Origin: the human T2T-CHM13v2.0 reference genome, Homo sapiens
NCBI RefSeq assembly: GCF_009914755.1
Contig: NC_060928.1
DNA: 64,000 nucleotides
Direction: 5' to 3' (one strand)
Positions 44,407-58,298 of this stretch are shown piece after piece (the stretch's first letter is position 1; every line of letters starts with the position of its first letter). The notes beneath the pieces are model-generated. The model was not told the origin of the DNA. It searched no databases and saw only the letters and a list, made by a program, of their open reading frames with translations. The translations under genes were made by a program, and so were the position numbers.

Positions 44407-45193
44407 ATTATATCTCAAAATAGTCAAGAACAAAAGCATAAATATTTGTTACAAACTCTTTACATTTCTTGTTCTTCTATGATAACACTATTGTAGCCTC
44501 TGTCAGTGAAAGGAGCCAAAGAATATTTCTTTAATTTGATAAAGCATTTCATTTAAATTAAGAGTTAAGATTTAAAACAGGATACTTTGCTTAACAGAAT
44601 CCATGGGGAAATTGAGTTTTGATTAATTGTGTGTTTTATTTTAAAAGGGTTAACTAGAAAGACCTTTTTACTTATACTTCCTCATTGAAAATAATTCCAA
44701 AATATTTTAGTTATTTTCTTACCTGAAAAACTGCTTGAATTTCTAATGCAATAAATTGAATAATATTTTTCATCCAGAAATTTTAATTCAAATGGCAACA
44801 AATAAGAAACAAAGATGGGTTAATAAATATATAGTAGGATAAATATTTTAATCTATAATACTAAATTATAGATTGTAATATCTCAAAATTACCCCATTAG
44901 CAATTATTACAATACTATATGTGAATGAATCAGCACTAACATCCAAAAACAGTGATTGAAGAAATCCCTTTAAACAATTTAGCTATGAGCACATGTAAAA
45001 GATGAATTATAATATTTCATGCAAGAAAAAAAGACTTTTAGTAGACCAGTTTAATAATTTATTTTTCTTCAGGACATTCAGTAGGAAGATAGAATGATGA
45101 AATGATCACTGTGAGACGGAAAGGAAGGAAGACTTGGTTAAGATCTGTTTGATTACGTTCTACTTAATGCAAGTTTATACATAGTTAAGGGGT

Positions 45194-45224
45194 ATGTGTG
45201 TGTGTTTGTGTGTGTATCTGTGTG
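45194..45224. repeat. Imperfect (TG)n
   Basis: Seen directly. Confidence 0.8.
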
Positions 45225-45309
45225 AAATATATATATTGCACAGTTCTTATTAATTAATTATTTAATTAGCACCTAAATTGTCAAGAATTATTTTGGGGGA
45301 AATCCCTTT

Positions 45310-45445
45310 AATGGAAATAACTTAGGTTTTGAAAACAAAAAATATGGGTTCTATGTCTGCCTCCTGCTCTCCGTGTGACTCTGATCAAAGTGTTTACCTC
45401 CATTTGACAAAGTATTTTGTACCCTCAGTTTACTCATCTGTATTT
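45310..45445 (+). mobile_element. MIR relic
   Basis: tgggttcta...tgtgact...cctcagtttactcatctgta. Confidence 0.55.
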
Positions 45446-45793
45446 TGAGTTTTTGCATGGGGACTATTTTGTTCTTTGAAAGAGAACTTGTTGTAAATGA
45501 AGATGGATTTAGACAAAAAAATAGCTTCATATCAGTACAGAGCCTTGATTTTTAGAGGAAAGGAATGACTTTTTTTTTTTGTGATTTTTTCACAAGAGTG
45601 GTAGCAACGTACCATGTGTAGATTACTTTGATAGGACCAAGCAGGATAGATATTATCAAAGGAGGACCAATTGATGAATTTCATTAGCTGAGTGATTTTT
45701 TTCTTATTGTTTTAGTGTATAGGAATCCCATTTCTGCATTTCTTGGTGGGACAAGAATTGATAAAACATGGGTTACATCTGAATAATATTACT

Positions 45794-46127
45794 ACTGACC
45801 TCAGCTGTTGCTTTCAGCTCTCCCACCCCCAAGAGCAAAAATAAGCACTCTCTGTAAATCATATTGTTAGCGTAAACTATCTGATCAAACTTGTATTGTG
45901 GCTCAAGGCAGAATATTTCGAGGATTCAGAGCTCATTCCCTAGTAGCTGGCAAAGGGCCAGTTCTGAAGACAGGCTTTTCCTGGGAATGTGCAGGGTTTG
46001 AGTAACTCAGGTCTGTTGAATGAACCTTTATGTTGCAAATTATATCTCAAAATAGTCAAGAACAAAGGCATAGATATTAGTTAGGAACTCTTTAAATTTC
46101 TTTACCTACTATTATATTAATAACACT
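45794..46127 (+). repeat. Diverged direct copy of 44127-44489 (LTR part plus its unique flank)
   Basis: Shared aacctttatgttgcaaattatatctcaaaatagtcaagaacaaa runs across the LTR boundary. Confidence 0.92.
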
Positions 46128-46863
46128 TTAGTGTTAAAACATGGGTGACATGTAGTATTGCTACTCCACATGATTAGTACAAAGCAAATTAAATAATGAC
46201 TATAAAAGCACTTTATAAACCCTTAAATGCTAAATACATGTTAAAATAATCATTGTTTATCAATCAGTTAACACCAATATACAGTCAAACACAGGTTCTT
46301 AAGAAGAACTTTTTTATCATTATGTGTGAGGTGAACTCCTTTGACAGGGTTTTCTCTCATTCTGTTCTCTTAGCTATGGACCACTTGATCAGTAAGTAAT
46401 TCAAATGCAATAATCTGTAGGAGACATGGATATTTAAAGTAACCCTTTTCAGGTATCCCTATGTTGATGATTACCTTCACACTTTAAAACATCGAGAGTG
46501 AAGTAGAAAATTGATCCAATTACCTGACTAATTCATGCTTGAGAAAAAATATAGTTTTTTGTTTGGCCTATGAAAAATTGACTAATATTATAAATACACT
46601 ACTTTTAATTTGCAAAATTACTTGTATTGATATACTGATCTGTAATCTGAAGAAGAATCATTACTAATACCATTTTTCAGTTCTTAAATACATTCAGTTT
46701 GTTATGTCTGTGTTGAATTTATTTTTCACTGGGGTTAATATTTCTTGTTTTCTTTTATTTTACCTCAAATTAACCACACCTACTACACCACCTTCTACTC
46801 AATGGTTTTGTGAGTCCGTTAATTATATTACATTATTTCACATTTTAAAAATTTGTGGATATG

Positions 46864-47156
46864 TTTTTTGTTTTTTAAGACGGAGTCTCGCTCTGTCGCC
46901 CAGGCTGGAGTGCAATAGCACTATCTAGGCTCACTGCAAACTCCGCCTCCCTGGTTCAAGCTATTCTCATGTCTCAGCCTCCTCAGTAGCTGGGATTAGG
47001 GTGCCCGCCACTACGCCTGGCTAATTTTTGTATTTTTAGTAGAGATGGGGTTTCACCATGTTGGTCAGGTTGGCCTCGAACTCCTGACCTCAGGTGATCC
47101 ACCCGCTTCAGCCTCCCAAAGTGCTGGGGTTACAGGCATGAGCCACCGCGCCTGGC
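46864..47156 (-). mobile_element. AluS
   Basis: Full length; perfect TSD tggatatgtttttt. Confidence 0.93.
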
Positions 47157-47711
47157 TGGATATGTTTTTTAAATTGAGGTATACTTCTGTGAATTCTGTA
47201 TAAGAATTCACTTTAGAAATACATTTTTATAGATATTAAAAAAAGGAAAAATATGCTTTCTGCCAAACATGCTAAAATGTTAACCTATATCTTGGTGACG
47301 ACCGAAACTTTAATTTTTTTGCAGGGAAGTATCCTTAGTATTGATTTGCAGCCAAGCTTGTCTCTATCTCAAAGGTCACAATTTTCAAACGAGAATACCT
47401 TTTTATGTGGTGTTTCAGCACATCTATTTTTAGTTTCAGCTAAAAACAAGAGGTTAAAAATCAACCATGGATGAAAATATTCAAGGAAAAAAACTGATTT
47501 TTTTTTCAAATATGAAAGGAGAGTCTTGTAAATGTCAAATACAATTATTTTAGGGATAAAATGTAATTCATGTTATCTTTGAAATATGCAGCAATTTAAT
47601 TTTAATTGGAATATATTATTTTTCTTATTAATGTCCAATAATATAAAAGGTACAATTTAAAAGAAAAAAGTTGTATCAAGATTATAATTGTGCATATTAA
47701 TTCAAATGTCA

Positions 47712-48336
47712 CGGTGGTATGCAGAACTCTAAGCTGAGCACCAAGATCTCCATTCCCTGGTGTACATACCCTATGTAATTCCCTAGGACTGTGAAATAGG
47801 ATGGCTTTCACTCTCTGCAGCTGGGTTATGTTATAAAGCTACAGGGATTATGCATGTTTAATTAATGTCTCAAATCATTGATCTCAACATAAGGAGATTA
47901 TCTAGTTTTGCTTGATCTACTCATAAAAGCCTGTAAGTCTGGGCCTAGAGGTCAGACAAAGATAAAGTCAGAGATTCCAAGCATGAAGATTTGATGTAGC
48001 TTTGCTAGCTTGAAGAAGAGAAACCACACGGCAAAGAATGAAGGTGGCTTCTAGTTGCTAAGAGCCAGCAAGGAAAAGAGAACCTCAGTTACAGGAACTT
48101 CAAGGAAGCGTAACTCTGACAGCAACAGAAAAAGCTTGGGGGTGAATTTCTCTTTAGAAACTCCAGAAGAGAAGCCCATCCAGATTCTTTGATTTGGGCC
48201 TTGTGATACTTTGAGTAGAGAGCCCAACCACTGTATGCCAGACTTCTGATTACAAAATTGTTAGCTAAAAATTTGGGTATTGTTTTAAAGCACTAACTTG
48301 TGATAATTTGTTTTGCAGTGATAGAAGACTAATACG
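47712..48336 (+). mobile_element. MaLR solo LTR (MLT1E-like)
   Basis: gcagaactctaag...ctggtgtacataccct...taatttgttttgcagtgatagaagactaatac. Confidence 0.8.
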
Positions 48337-48524
48337 CTTCCTATAAATTTAGCCAGGAAAATATGCCATGTAACACAGTGCTTACTAGCACACTTTTAAT
48401 ATAGAAACTAAATATAATCCAATTAATTGGAAGTATAGCTCAAATAATATATCAGACTATGAAGTACGTATTTAACCATGTTTTAGTTCAATTTTTAAAT
48501 TTAAACTCTCAAGCAGATTATAAA

Positions 48525-49015
48525 CAGATTTGACAAAATCTTTTTTTTAAAAAAAGCACAATGATTTAATGGAATTTTTTGATATTAAAAACTTTTGGTC
48601 TTTGAAAGACACCATTAAGAAAACTAAAATGAAAGCCACATAATGAAAGAAGATATTCACAATACATTTATCTTGCAATGGGCTTGTATCCCGAGAGTGC
48701 TCAAAGAATGCTTATAATTTAATAAGAAATCAAACAATTCAATTGAGAATGAACAAAGGAATTGAGCAGACCCTTAACCAAAAATGATATCTGATTGACC
48801 AATAAACACATGAAAGATACTTTACAACATTTGTCATCAAGGATATAAAAATTAAAGCCACAATGAAATATTACTATGAAGCCATTAAAATAGTTAATGT
48901 TGAAAAAACTGGTAATAGTTAAGTGCTGGTGAGAATGTGAAACAGGTATCCTGGCTGGCGAAAACGTAAAATGGTACTAACAACTTGGAAAACTATTGGA
49001 GTTCTCAAAATTTAT
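48525..49015 (+). mobile_element. L1ME-type ORF2 fragment
   Basis: tgaaagacaccattaagaaaa...ccaataaacacatgaaagat...aattaaagccacaatgaaata. Confidence 0.75.
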
Positions 49016-49524
49016 ATATTTTTGACAAAATCCTTTATGTACAGTAAAACTCCCATGATTCATTCCACATGATAGTTAAATCTTGATTAAACTATAACCT
49101 GCATTGGTGTAAAAAATAATAATGAAAGTGACAATAACAGGAAAGGCTTTTAAGATCTGTTTGTTTCTTTAATTGCTTGCATGAAAACAAATGATTCAAT
49201 ATACTCTAAAATGCTTTCTTATTCTTATAAACCTAGCTAATTAATATTATATGAAGAGTTACCTTTACTTTGCCTATAACTAGAATTTGTGAAAGTATCT
49301 TTAAATATACATTATTAATATAGAATTTTGTTACTAGGTTGAATGACTTTTTTTTCATTTAATGCTGGCTGATGAAGCATAAACATGTTCCAAAAAAGTA
49401 ACATACGGGTGTGTGACTAAAAATGTTAATGACAAAGTACTGATTTCTCAGCCCTGATATTTCTATACTGATATCCATCCCAGTAGCATGTTAATTCCCA
49501 CTGAAATTCTGATTATTGATACTA

Positions 49525-49670
49525 CTGATAAAAATAATTATCCTCTATGTACGGTCTCTTATGTGTCAGACACTGTGCTATGTGACATTATCGCATTTGT
49601 ATCTCATAGTAACATCAAGAAATTTATTTTCTATTATTATCCTAACTTACAACTGAAAAATAGGTGAAAT
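49525..49670 (-). mobile_element. MIR relic
   Basis: tatgtgtcagacactgtgcta...ctattattatcc. Confidence 0.6.
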
Positions 49671-49730
49671 TCATTAATAATGATGTCTACTTAGATGTCC
49701 CAGAAGTATCTGAAATGTAATTATCTAGAA

Positions 49731-50029
49731 CAGGGGTCCCCAATCCCTGATATCAGTCTGTGGACTGTTAGGAACCGGGCTGCACAGCAGGAGGTGAGTG
49801 GTGGGTGAGCGAGCATTACTGCCTGAGCTCCACCTCCTGTCAGATTAGCGCTGGCATTAGATTCATGAGAGCACGAATTCTATTGTGTGCTGCACATGCG
49901 AGGGACCTAGGTTGCGTGCTCCTTGTGAGACTCCATTATACCCCCCCACCCCAGTTTTTTTCCAATTTGTCCGTGGAAAAATTGTCTTCACAAAACTGAC
50001 CCCTGGTGCCAAAAGATTGGGGACTGCGG
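49731..50029 (+). mobile_element. MER1B hAT-Charlie MITE
   Basis: caggggtccccaa...ttggggactgcgg; 8-bp TSD atctagaa/atttagaa. Confidence 0.88.
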
Positions 50030-50530
50030 ATTTAGAAGATAAGTGTTGCTAAAAAATAAGTTTAACACAGATCTATTATAATTTGCTAAAATATAACTGT
50101 CAAAGAGTTGAAAACATGACCCTCATAAATATAAATGAACCAAGTCAGTGATTTTATTCAACTAATTAATTAATGCGAGAATCAGAAGATGCCAAAACTG
50201 GTTCAAAGGATTATTAAAAGTACTGAGATTAATATAGTCAGTCAGAGAACATTAAGAATAATTTACTAATAGATGCATAATTGCTTAATATCCTACAGGG
50301 CTATGAACTATAACATTTGAGATTGTTGCCTCTAGCAGCTAGAAATAAATCATATCTATACTGGACAACATTTCTTTAGATTACTTTAAATAAAAATAAT
50401 TTTCATTGCTTTTATAAAAGAATCAATTGCATTATTATAAGTGCAAGTTAATTTCACAAGTTGTTTATGAGTAAATTTTATAGAATAAGGAAGTTTTCCA
50501 GAAACCTTATCAGCAATGCTGATATGATGC

Positions 50531-51015
50531 TGTAGTAGGCAGAATAATGGCCTTTCAAAGATGTCTCTTCTCTAACTGTGAATATGTTACCATCCATGGC
50601 AAAAGAGATTTTGCAGATGCGATTAATTTAAAGATCTTTAGATAGGGTGATTATCCCGGATTACCTTCGTGGGCCTACCATAATCACAGGGTTCCTTAAA
50701 AGTGAAACGGGGGGAGGCAGAAGAAAAGTTAAGGCCAGAGTGCTGTAATGTGATAAGGACTCAATCACCATTATACTGGCTTTGCAAATGGATCAAGGTC
50801 ATGAGCCAAGAAATGTGCGGAGCATCGAGAAGTTCAAAAAGGCAAGGAAATGGATAATCTCAAAAAGAAAAATAGTCTTGCAGGCACCTTGATTTTAGAC
50901 CAGTGAGACCTCTGTCAGACTTCTGCTCTACAGAACTGTAAGATAATATATATGTGTTATTTTAAACCACTAAATTTGTAGAACTCTATTATAGCAACCA
51001 TAGGAAATTAATAAA
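50531..51015 (+). mobile_element. MaLR solo LTR (MLT1D-like)
   Basis: tgtagtaggcagaataatggcc...ctgtgaatatgttacc...agaactgtaagataata; TSD gatgc/aatgc. Confidence 0.85.
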
Positions 51016-51022
51016 AATGCCT

Positions 51023-51241
51023 GGCCGGATGCAGTGATCACGCCTGTAATTCCAGCACTTTGGGAGGCCGAGGTGGGCAGATCACGAGGTCAAGAGATCG
51101 AGTCCAATCAGGTCAACCTGGTGAAACCCCATCTCTACTAAAAATACAAAAATTAGCCAGGCGTGGTGGCAGGTGCCTGTAGTCCCAGCTACTTGGGAGG
51201 CTGAAGCAGGAGAATCGCTTGAACCCGGGAGGTGGAGGTTG
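51023..51241 (+). mobile_element. 3'-truncated AluS (Sc-like)
   Basis: gatcacgaggtcaagagatcgag; stops abruptly at ggaggttg with no A tail. Confidence 0.9.
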
Positions 51242-51543
51242 ATACAGTACATGATTATTAATAATTTGTTGACTGGATGAATTATTTAGGGTTCAATAAA
51301 TGTAACTCGTTTAGGACATATAGTTAATAAACTGGATCCTAGATTAAGCCTCTGTGCCTGTCCCTACAACCTGTACTTTTACCACTTAAGTTGCTTTATT
51401 TCTTGTGTAGTCAAAAATAATATCCTTTAAATCATTTCCTTAGATTATTTTGCCTAGATTCTCCACATTCATTCTGATAAGGAAATGATTTATAGTTGAT
51501 AATGTTTATTATTTAGTTTTAATAAACTGGAAAAAATCAATTT

Positions 51544-52318
51544 CAGGCGTATGTTAAAGATATTGCAGGTTCAGTTCCAGACCACCATAATCAAGTGAAT
51601 ATCACAGTAAAATAAATGTCATACAAATTGTTTGGGTTTCCCAGTTCTTATAAAAGTTATGCTTATACTATACCACAGTCTATTAAATGTGCGATAGCAT
51701 TATGTCTAAAAAAGTCCATACTTTAATTAAATATACCTTATTGCTTAAAAATGCTAACAGTCATCCAAATCATTATCTTTTGGCTATTGGAGGGCCTGAT
51801 CTCGATGTTGCTGGCCACTGACTAATCAGCGTGGTGGCCACTGAAGCTTGGGTAGCTGTACCAGTTTCTTAACACAAGCATCAAGTTTCCACCCTGATTC
51901 ACTCACAAGAGATTTTTCTGTATTATGTTATCATTTGATAGCATTTAACTGACACTTGAACTTCTTTCAAAATTGGAGTCAGTCCTCTTAAACCCTGCTC
52001 CTGCTTTATCAATTGTTTAGGTAATATTCTAAATTCTTTGTTGTCATTTCAACAATGTTCACTGCATCTTTACATGGAGTAGATTTAATCTCAAGAAAAC
52101 ATTTTCCTTCTTCATTTATAAGAAGCAACTTCTCAAGCATTCAAATTTTGTTATGAGTTTGCAGCAATTCAGTTACTTCTTTAGGCTCCACTTCTAATTC
52201 TAGCCCTCTTAATATTTCTACAACACCTGCAGTTATTTGCTTCCCTTAAGTGTTGAAATTTTCAAAGCCCCTCACCTTCCTTCTGCAGCTTCCTGACCTC
52301 TTTCATCCTTCACAGAAT
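51544..52318 (-). mobile_element. Tigger1 fragment
   Basis: TIR-like caggc...agatattgcaggttcagttccagaccac; antisense transposase remnant ttctttcaaaattggagtc. Confidence 0.85.
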
Positions 52319-52648
52319 CTCATCTTGAATTGTAGCTCCCCTAATTCCCATATGTTGTGGGAGGGACCCAGTGGGAGATAATGGAATCATGGGGTCGGTT
52401 TCCCCCATACTGTTCTCATAGTAGTGAATAAGTCTCAAGAGCTGATGGTTTTATAAGAGGTTTCCCCTTTTGCTTGGCTCTCATTTCTGTCTTGCCTGCC
52501 GCTATGTAAGACATGCCTTTTAGCTTCCACCATGATGGTGAGCTCTCCCAAGCCACATGGAACTGTGAGTCCATTCAACCTCTTTTTCTTTATAAATTAC
52601 CCAGTCTCAGGTATGTCTTTATCAGCAGCATGAGAATGGACTCATAAA
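52316..52648 (+). mobile_element. THE1B/C solo LTR lacking its first ~30 bp
   Basis: aatctcatcttgaattgtagctccc...ataaattacccagtctcaggtatgtctttatcagcagcatg. Confidence 0.88.
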
Positions 52649-53003
52649 ACTGGTATGCAAATAAGCAGACTCTACATCATAGTATTCCAGTGTAGTTGAA
52701 CTATTATTATAATGGAGTCCCTATCCATAAAATTGATTACAATCTAATATGGATTTGTGCAATAAGGCAAATATACCAGTAACTAAAATACAGGGAAAGT
52801 ATGCTACAGATGAATTAATTTATACAAATATATGAGTCAAAGGGAGAAATTATTCAATTAGGTAAAGGAGGAAAGCATTTATTAAAATTAGAGAGGGTGT
52901 CTGGGTGAGAGCCAAGTCTGAAGGATTTTTTTGGGTAATGGTTTCTTTACTCTATTTTCTATCACATGTTGAAAATTTTAACACATTGCTGTCATCAGAA
53001 GGT

Positions 53004-53046
53004 GTTTATAATTTTTTTGTTTATAGGGTTTATAATTTTTTTGTTT
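53004..53046. repeat. 19-bp direct repeat, 24-bp period
   Basis: gtttataatttttttgttt x2. Confidence 0.8.
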
Positions 53047-53683
53047 TTTAATTTATAGATTTATTTGATTAAAAAAGAGTTTCATGTACCAGAGATGGGT
53101 TATTGAAAATAGGCATTGTTTAAAATATGATAAATATTTTATTTGAAAACTTGGATTTTTATGATTTACAAAAATCTGGAGAAAAAACAGGGCAAAAATA
53201 ACAGAAAATGAACATATATTTAAATTCCCCAAATATTCAAATATATCATTATATTATGATGAAGACTTACATATTACTATTTTGTAATATGACAAAGATC
53301 TATTCTTACATTTATTATGATAAAATGTTGCTATAATATGAGTTCATTATATGAAGCTCTGACATGTTCCTCTCATTCTTCATCTAATATCTAATAATGA
53401 CTACCTGCAAGGAGAAATAATCACTCAAGTTGTTTACTTTTGCAGAAGGTGCAGTCTCTTTCAGAGAATTCTAAAAAAAAATCACATTCTATTTAAACTA
53501 GTAACTTTCTATTAAAATAAGTGAAATGTAGTTAACAAAGGATATTTATTTTTATGTATTTTGTTAGTTACTATTTTCCTTATTTTGAAAAACTTCAGAT
53601 CACTGGAATATCTACATTACAAAGTGGCCAGATTGTATGGTGTCTGTAATCTCATTACCTTGTGGTAAAAACACTTAATTTTA

Positions 53684-54283
<600 letters not shown>

Positions 54284-54285
<2 letters not shown>

Positions 54286-55924
54286 GATCAGATGGCTGTA
54301 GATGTGTGATGTTATTTCTGAGGCCTCTGTTCTGTTCCATAAGCCTATATGTCTGTTTTGGTACCAGTACCATGCTGTTTTGGTTACTGTAGCCTTGTAG
54401 TATAGTTTGAAGTCGCGTAGCATGATGCCTCCAGCTTTGTTCCTTTTGCTTAGAATTGTCTTGGTTATATGGGCTCCATTTTGGTTCCAAATGAAATTTA
54501 AAGTAGTTTTTTCTAGTTCTTTGAATAAAGTCAATGGTAGCTTGCTGGGAATAGCATTGAGTCTATAAATTACTTTGGGCAGTATGGCCATTTTCATGAT
54601 ATTGGTTCTTCCTATCCATCAGCGTGGAACTATTTTCCATTTGTTTGTGTCCTCTCTTATTTCTTTGAACAATAGTTTGTAGTTCTCCTTGAAGAGGTCC
54701 TTCACGTCCCTTGTAAGTTGTATTCCTAGGTATTTTATTCTCTTTGTAGCAATTGTGAATGGGAGTTCACTCATGATTTGGCTCTCTGCTTGTCTAATAT
54801 TGGTGTATAGGAATGCTTGTGATTTTTGTACGTTGCTGTTGTAGCCTGAAACTTTGCTGAAGCTTAAGGAGTATTTGGGCTGAGAAAATGGGGTTTTCTA
54901 AATATCCAATCATGTCATCTGCAAACAGAGAAAATTTGACTTCCTCTCTTCCTATTTGAATACAATTTCCTTCGTTTGCCTGATTGCCTTGGCCAGAACT
55001 TCTAATACTATGTTGAATAGGGGTGGTGACAGAGGGCATCCTTGTTTTGTGCTGACTTTCAAGGAGAATATGAACAGACACTTCTCAAAAGAAGACATTG
55101 ATGCGGCCAGCAAACATATGAAAAAAAGCTCACCATCACTAGTCATTAGAGAAATGCATATCAAAACAACAATGAGATACCATCTCATGCCAGTTAGAAT
55201 GGCAATCATTAAAAGTTAAGAAACAACAGATGCTGGCGAGGCTGTGGAGAAATAGAAGCACTTTTACTCTATTGATGGGAGTCTAAATTAGTTCAACCAT
55301 TGCGGAAGATGGTGTAGCGATTCCTCAAGGATCTAGAATCAGAAATACCATTTGACTCCGCAATCCCATTACTGGGTATACGCCCAAAGGGTTATAAATC
55401 ATTCTACTATAAAGACACATGAACGTGTATGTTTATTGGAACACTATTAACAATATCAAAGACTTGGAACCAACCCAAATCCCCATCAGTGATAGACCGG
55501 ATAAAGAAAATGTGGCACATATACACCACGGAATGCCACGCTGCCATAAAAAAGAATGAGTTCATGTCCTTTGCATGGACATGGATGAAGCTGGACACCA
55601 TCATCCTCAGCACATTAACACAGGAAGAGGAAACCAAACACCACATGTTCTCACTCATAAGTGGGAGTTGAACAATGAGAACACATGGGCACAGGGAGGG
55701 AAACATTACACACGGGGGTCTGTCGCAGGATGGGAGCAAGGGGACAGAGAGTGTTAGGACAAATACCTAATGCACGCAGGGCTTAAAACCTAGATGACCT
55801 GTTGATAGGTGCAGGAAACCACCATGGCACATGTATGGCTGCATAAAAAACCTGCACGTTCTGCACATATATCCCAGTATTTAAAGTAAGATAAAACTAT
55901 ATATAAAAATAAAAAAAGAAAAAG
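54284..55924 (+). mobile_element. 5'-inverted (twin-primed) L1PA7/8-like insertion
   Basis: Antisense ORF2 at 54284-~55064 (RT motifs QGCPLSP and LFADDM on the minus strand), then sense MNRHFSKED.. through the 3'UTR and A tail. Confidence 0.9.
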
Positions 55925-56379
55925 AAAACACTGATTTTTAACTGACAGATTATGTCCCCCTAATTGCAGGCATTAGAATAATTTACCATTGTGATAATGC
56001 TTGAAAGTTGGATTATATTACAGACCTGTAAGACGGCATTAGACTTTGAGTCAAAAGCATTCATTCATTTTTTTTGTGTATTTTTGTGTTAAATTAACAG
56101 CTTTAAAAATGTTTATAGGGATACATAGTAAAATAGCTATATGTTCATGTGTGAGGATTGGATAAGCATGTGAAATACTCCACAGAATTTGTGCTCAATT
56201 TTGGGACTTCACCTGCCTTGCTATGAATAAAGTATGTATTCTTAGGATACATAAACTTGTATATTATTTTAATCTTAATATTTCTAATCATCTCTTACAC
56301 ACAGCCTACTTCTTTCTCTATAACTGATGGTGATTAATTGCCTAATTACTTGCCCCATATGCTTCTCATTATTTTGTGT

Positions 56380-56720
56380 TGTATTAGCTTTCTTTTTTTT
56401 CATCTATTGAATTAGAGTAGGGGAATTTAAAGTTCCCAGACAGTATGTTATGGTTCTTTGTATCCTCTGAAGTCCCTAATACAGCACTCTCTCCATACTG
56501 GGCTATGTGATACATTTGGAAAAGCATGAGGTTTGAAGTTCAGACTTCAAATTCTGGCTGTATGTGTTAACTCAGTACACTTGAGAAAATCTCACTCTTG
56601 TTAAACTCTTCTATAACATCAGGCTGGTGTGGTAAGATCAGTAGCAGTCTATGAGAATCAAGTGAGAACCATTTGCACAAAATAATTGTATAAATTCCAG
56701 ATAGCTATAATATATACTGT
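56380..56720 (+). mobile_element. L2 tail and MIR relics
   Basis: tttgtatcctctgaagtccctaatacag; ggaaaagcatgaggtttgaagttcagac...tgagaatcaagtgaga. Confidence 0.45.
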
Positions 56721-56981
56721 AGAATTCTTCATTAGATAAAATGATCATACTAAAGAGTATAATAACTTAAAAAATATAGACAGCTATTATTAATGCTTGC
56801 AAAAATTACTATTTCAATGGAACTTACTTTGGATTTATTCATTTTTTTAATCACATCATAGGAAAACTAAACAGATTCTAACTCATTTAGTTGTTCCAAT
56901 TTAACTTTAAAAGGAAATAGAAAAAGCAAAGGAGCAAACAAAAAAAATCCTGTGATTCTAATGCCACCAGTTAAATCATAG

Positions 56982-57318
56982 TGTTACTGGTGGAGGGGGT
57001 ACAGGTTCTTGACGTCTTGAACAAAGAATTAGATGAAAATGCACAAAGCACGGAAAGAATGAAGCAACAAAAGCAGAGACTAATTGAAAATGAAAGCACA
57101 CTCCACAGTGTGGGAGCAGGCCCGAGGATAGAGACTCAAGAGCCCTGTTACAGAATTTTTGGGGGTTTAAATATCCTCTAGAGATTTCCACTGGTAACTT
57201 TGTGTATGCCCTATGTAAATGAAGAGGATATTTCCTGTCATAACTGAAGTGTTTCCATTTGATTTAGTTCTAGGAAGTCCTTAGGTTTCCAGCCTCCAGG
57301 TTCTATTCTCCTGCCTCG
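56982..57318 (-). mobile_element. ERV1 solo LTR (MER61-like)
   Basis: tgttactggtggagg...ttgaacaaagaatt...ctattctcctgcctc; 4-bp TSD atag/atag. Confidence 0.82.
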
Positions 57319-57489
57319 ATAGAGGCTCTTTAAATTCACGAAAATCATTAGCCCTTTTGCACTGTATATATTGTTGTATATTTTCCCTGGGTGTTATATT
57401 CATATTGCCTTCCTTTACACCTGAATTCTGCTTGGATGCGTCTCCTCTGTGTTCTTAAAACAAGACAGGTAATTCCTATTATGTTGCAT

Positions 57490-57650
57490 ATTATAATTTC
57501 TTCTTATTGTACTTTCCTTAACTTTTTATTCTACAGGACTAAGAGCTCTGTGAGTGAAGGGACCATGTCTACCTTGCACACTAATATATTCAAAATGACT
57601 AATTATGTTCAGCTCATAGTAGGATCTCAGTAAATATTGGTCAATTATAT
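57490..57650 (+). mobile_element. L2 3' end
   Basis: gactaagagctctgtgag...agggaccatgtct...atagtaggatctcagtaaatattg. Confidence 0.65.
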
Positions 57651-57804
57651 AACTGCAGATGTATAGCATAATTAAATATATATGCAGGCCCATTGTAAAG
57701 TGGTTTTATTTTAGAAGCAGGAAAATCTTTACAATCCAAATTTAAATTTAACCTTTGGAAGTTATGCTATGGGGATGTGGCTATTGGCATTCACTAGGCA
57801 AACT

Positions 57805-58298
57805 CACCTAGGATTCTTTTTTTCCCCAGAAAAGGAAAAAAAAAACAAGCTCAAACCAACTTAAGAAAAAGATGTTTTATTTTCTCTTTTAACTGATAAG
57901 TAAAGGATACTATGTGGTTTAAATGAAGTAATCATGGCTCAGACTCCCATCTCCCCACGTGTTCTCTCAGGTTCTCAAGTAGGCTTTCTTCACTTAGCAC
58001 TGTGTCTTGCCTTAAGGCCAAACTTTGCTTCTTGCCACTCATAATTTAGTAAGAAACATGGCTTTCTCCCCCATGATATGTATATAAATATGTAGGGAAG
58101 AATTTAACTAGCCCTGTGTGATTCTAGTGCCCATATCTTGACCAATTGCTGTACCCAACATAAGTATGGACAGGGTTAATATGCTTAGATACCTTTCTAC
58201 CACTATAGTAAACAGTCTCACAGAACTCAATAGATTGGGGAAGCAGTTATTTTGGATGGAAGGCATGAGAAACAGGTAAAAAGCATTTCTTCACTATA
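57805..58298 (-). mobile_element. Old MaLR LTR relic (MLT1K/J-like)
   Basis: ctcaaaccaacttaagaaaaa...gtgcccatatcttgaccaattgctgt...cactata. Confidence 0.45.

Noticed and set aside
44712-44735. Minus-strand tttttcag|gtaaga as a recursive splice site
   Set aside because: The pyrimidine tract is short, a few such motifs are expected by chance, and it opposes the inferred host strand.
47253-47474. ORF behind the acceptor ttttttttgcag as an exon
   Set aside because: No good donor and no recognisable protein similarity.
53626-53665. Possible Alu-monomer start upstream of the AluS
   Set aside because: Only about 40 bp and too degenerate to support.
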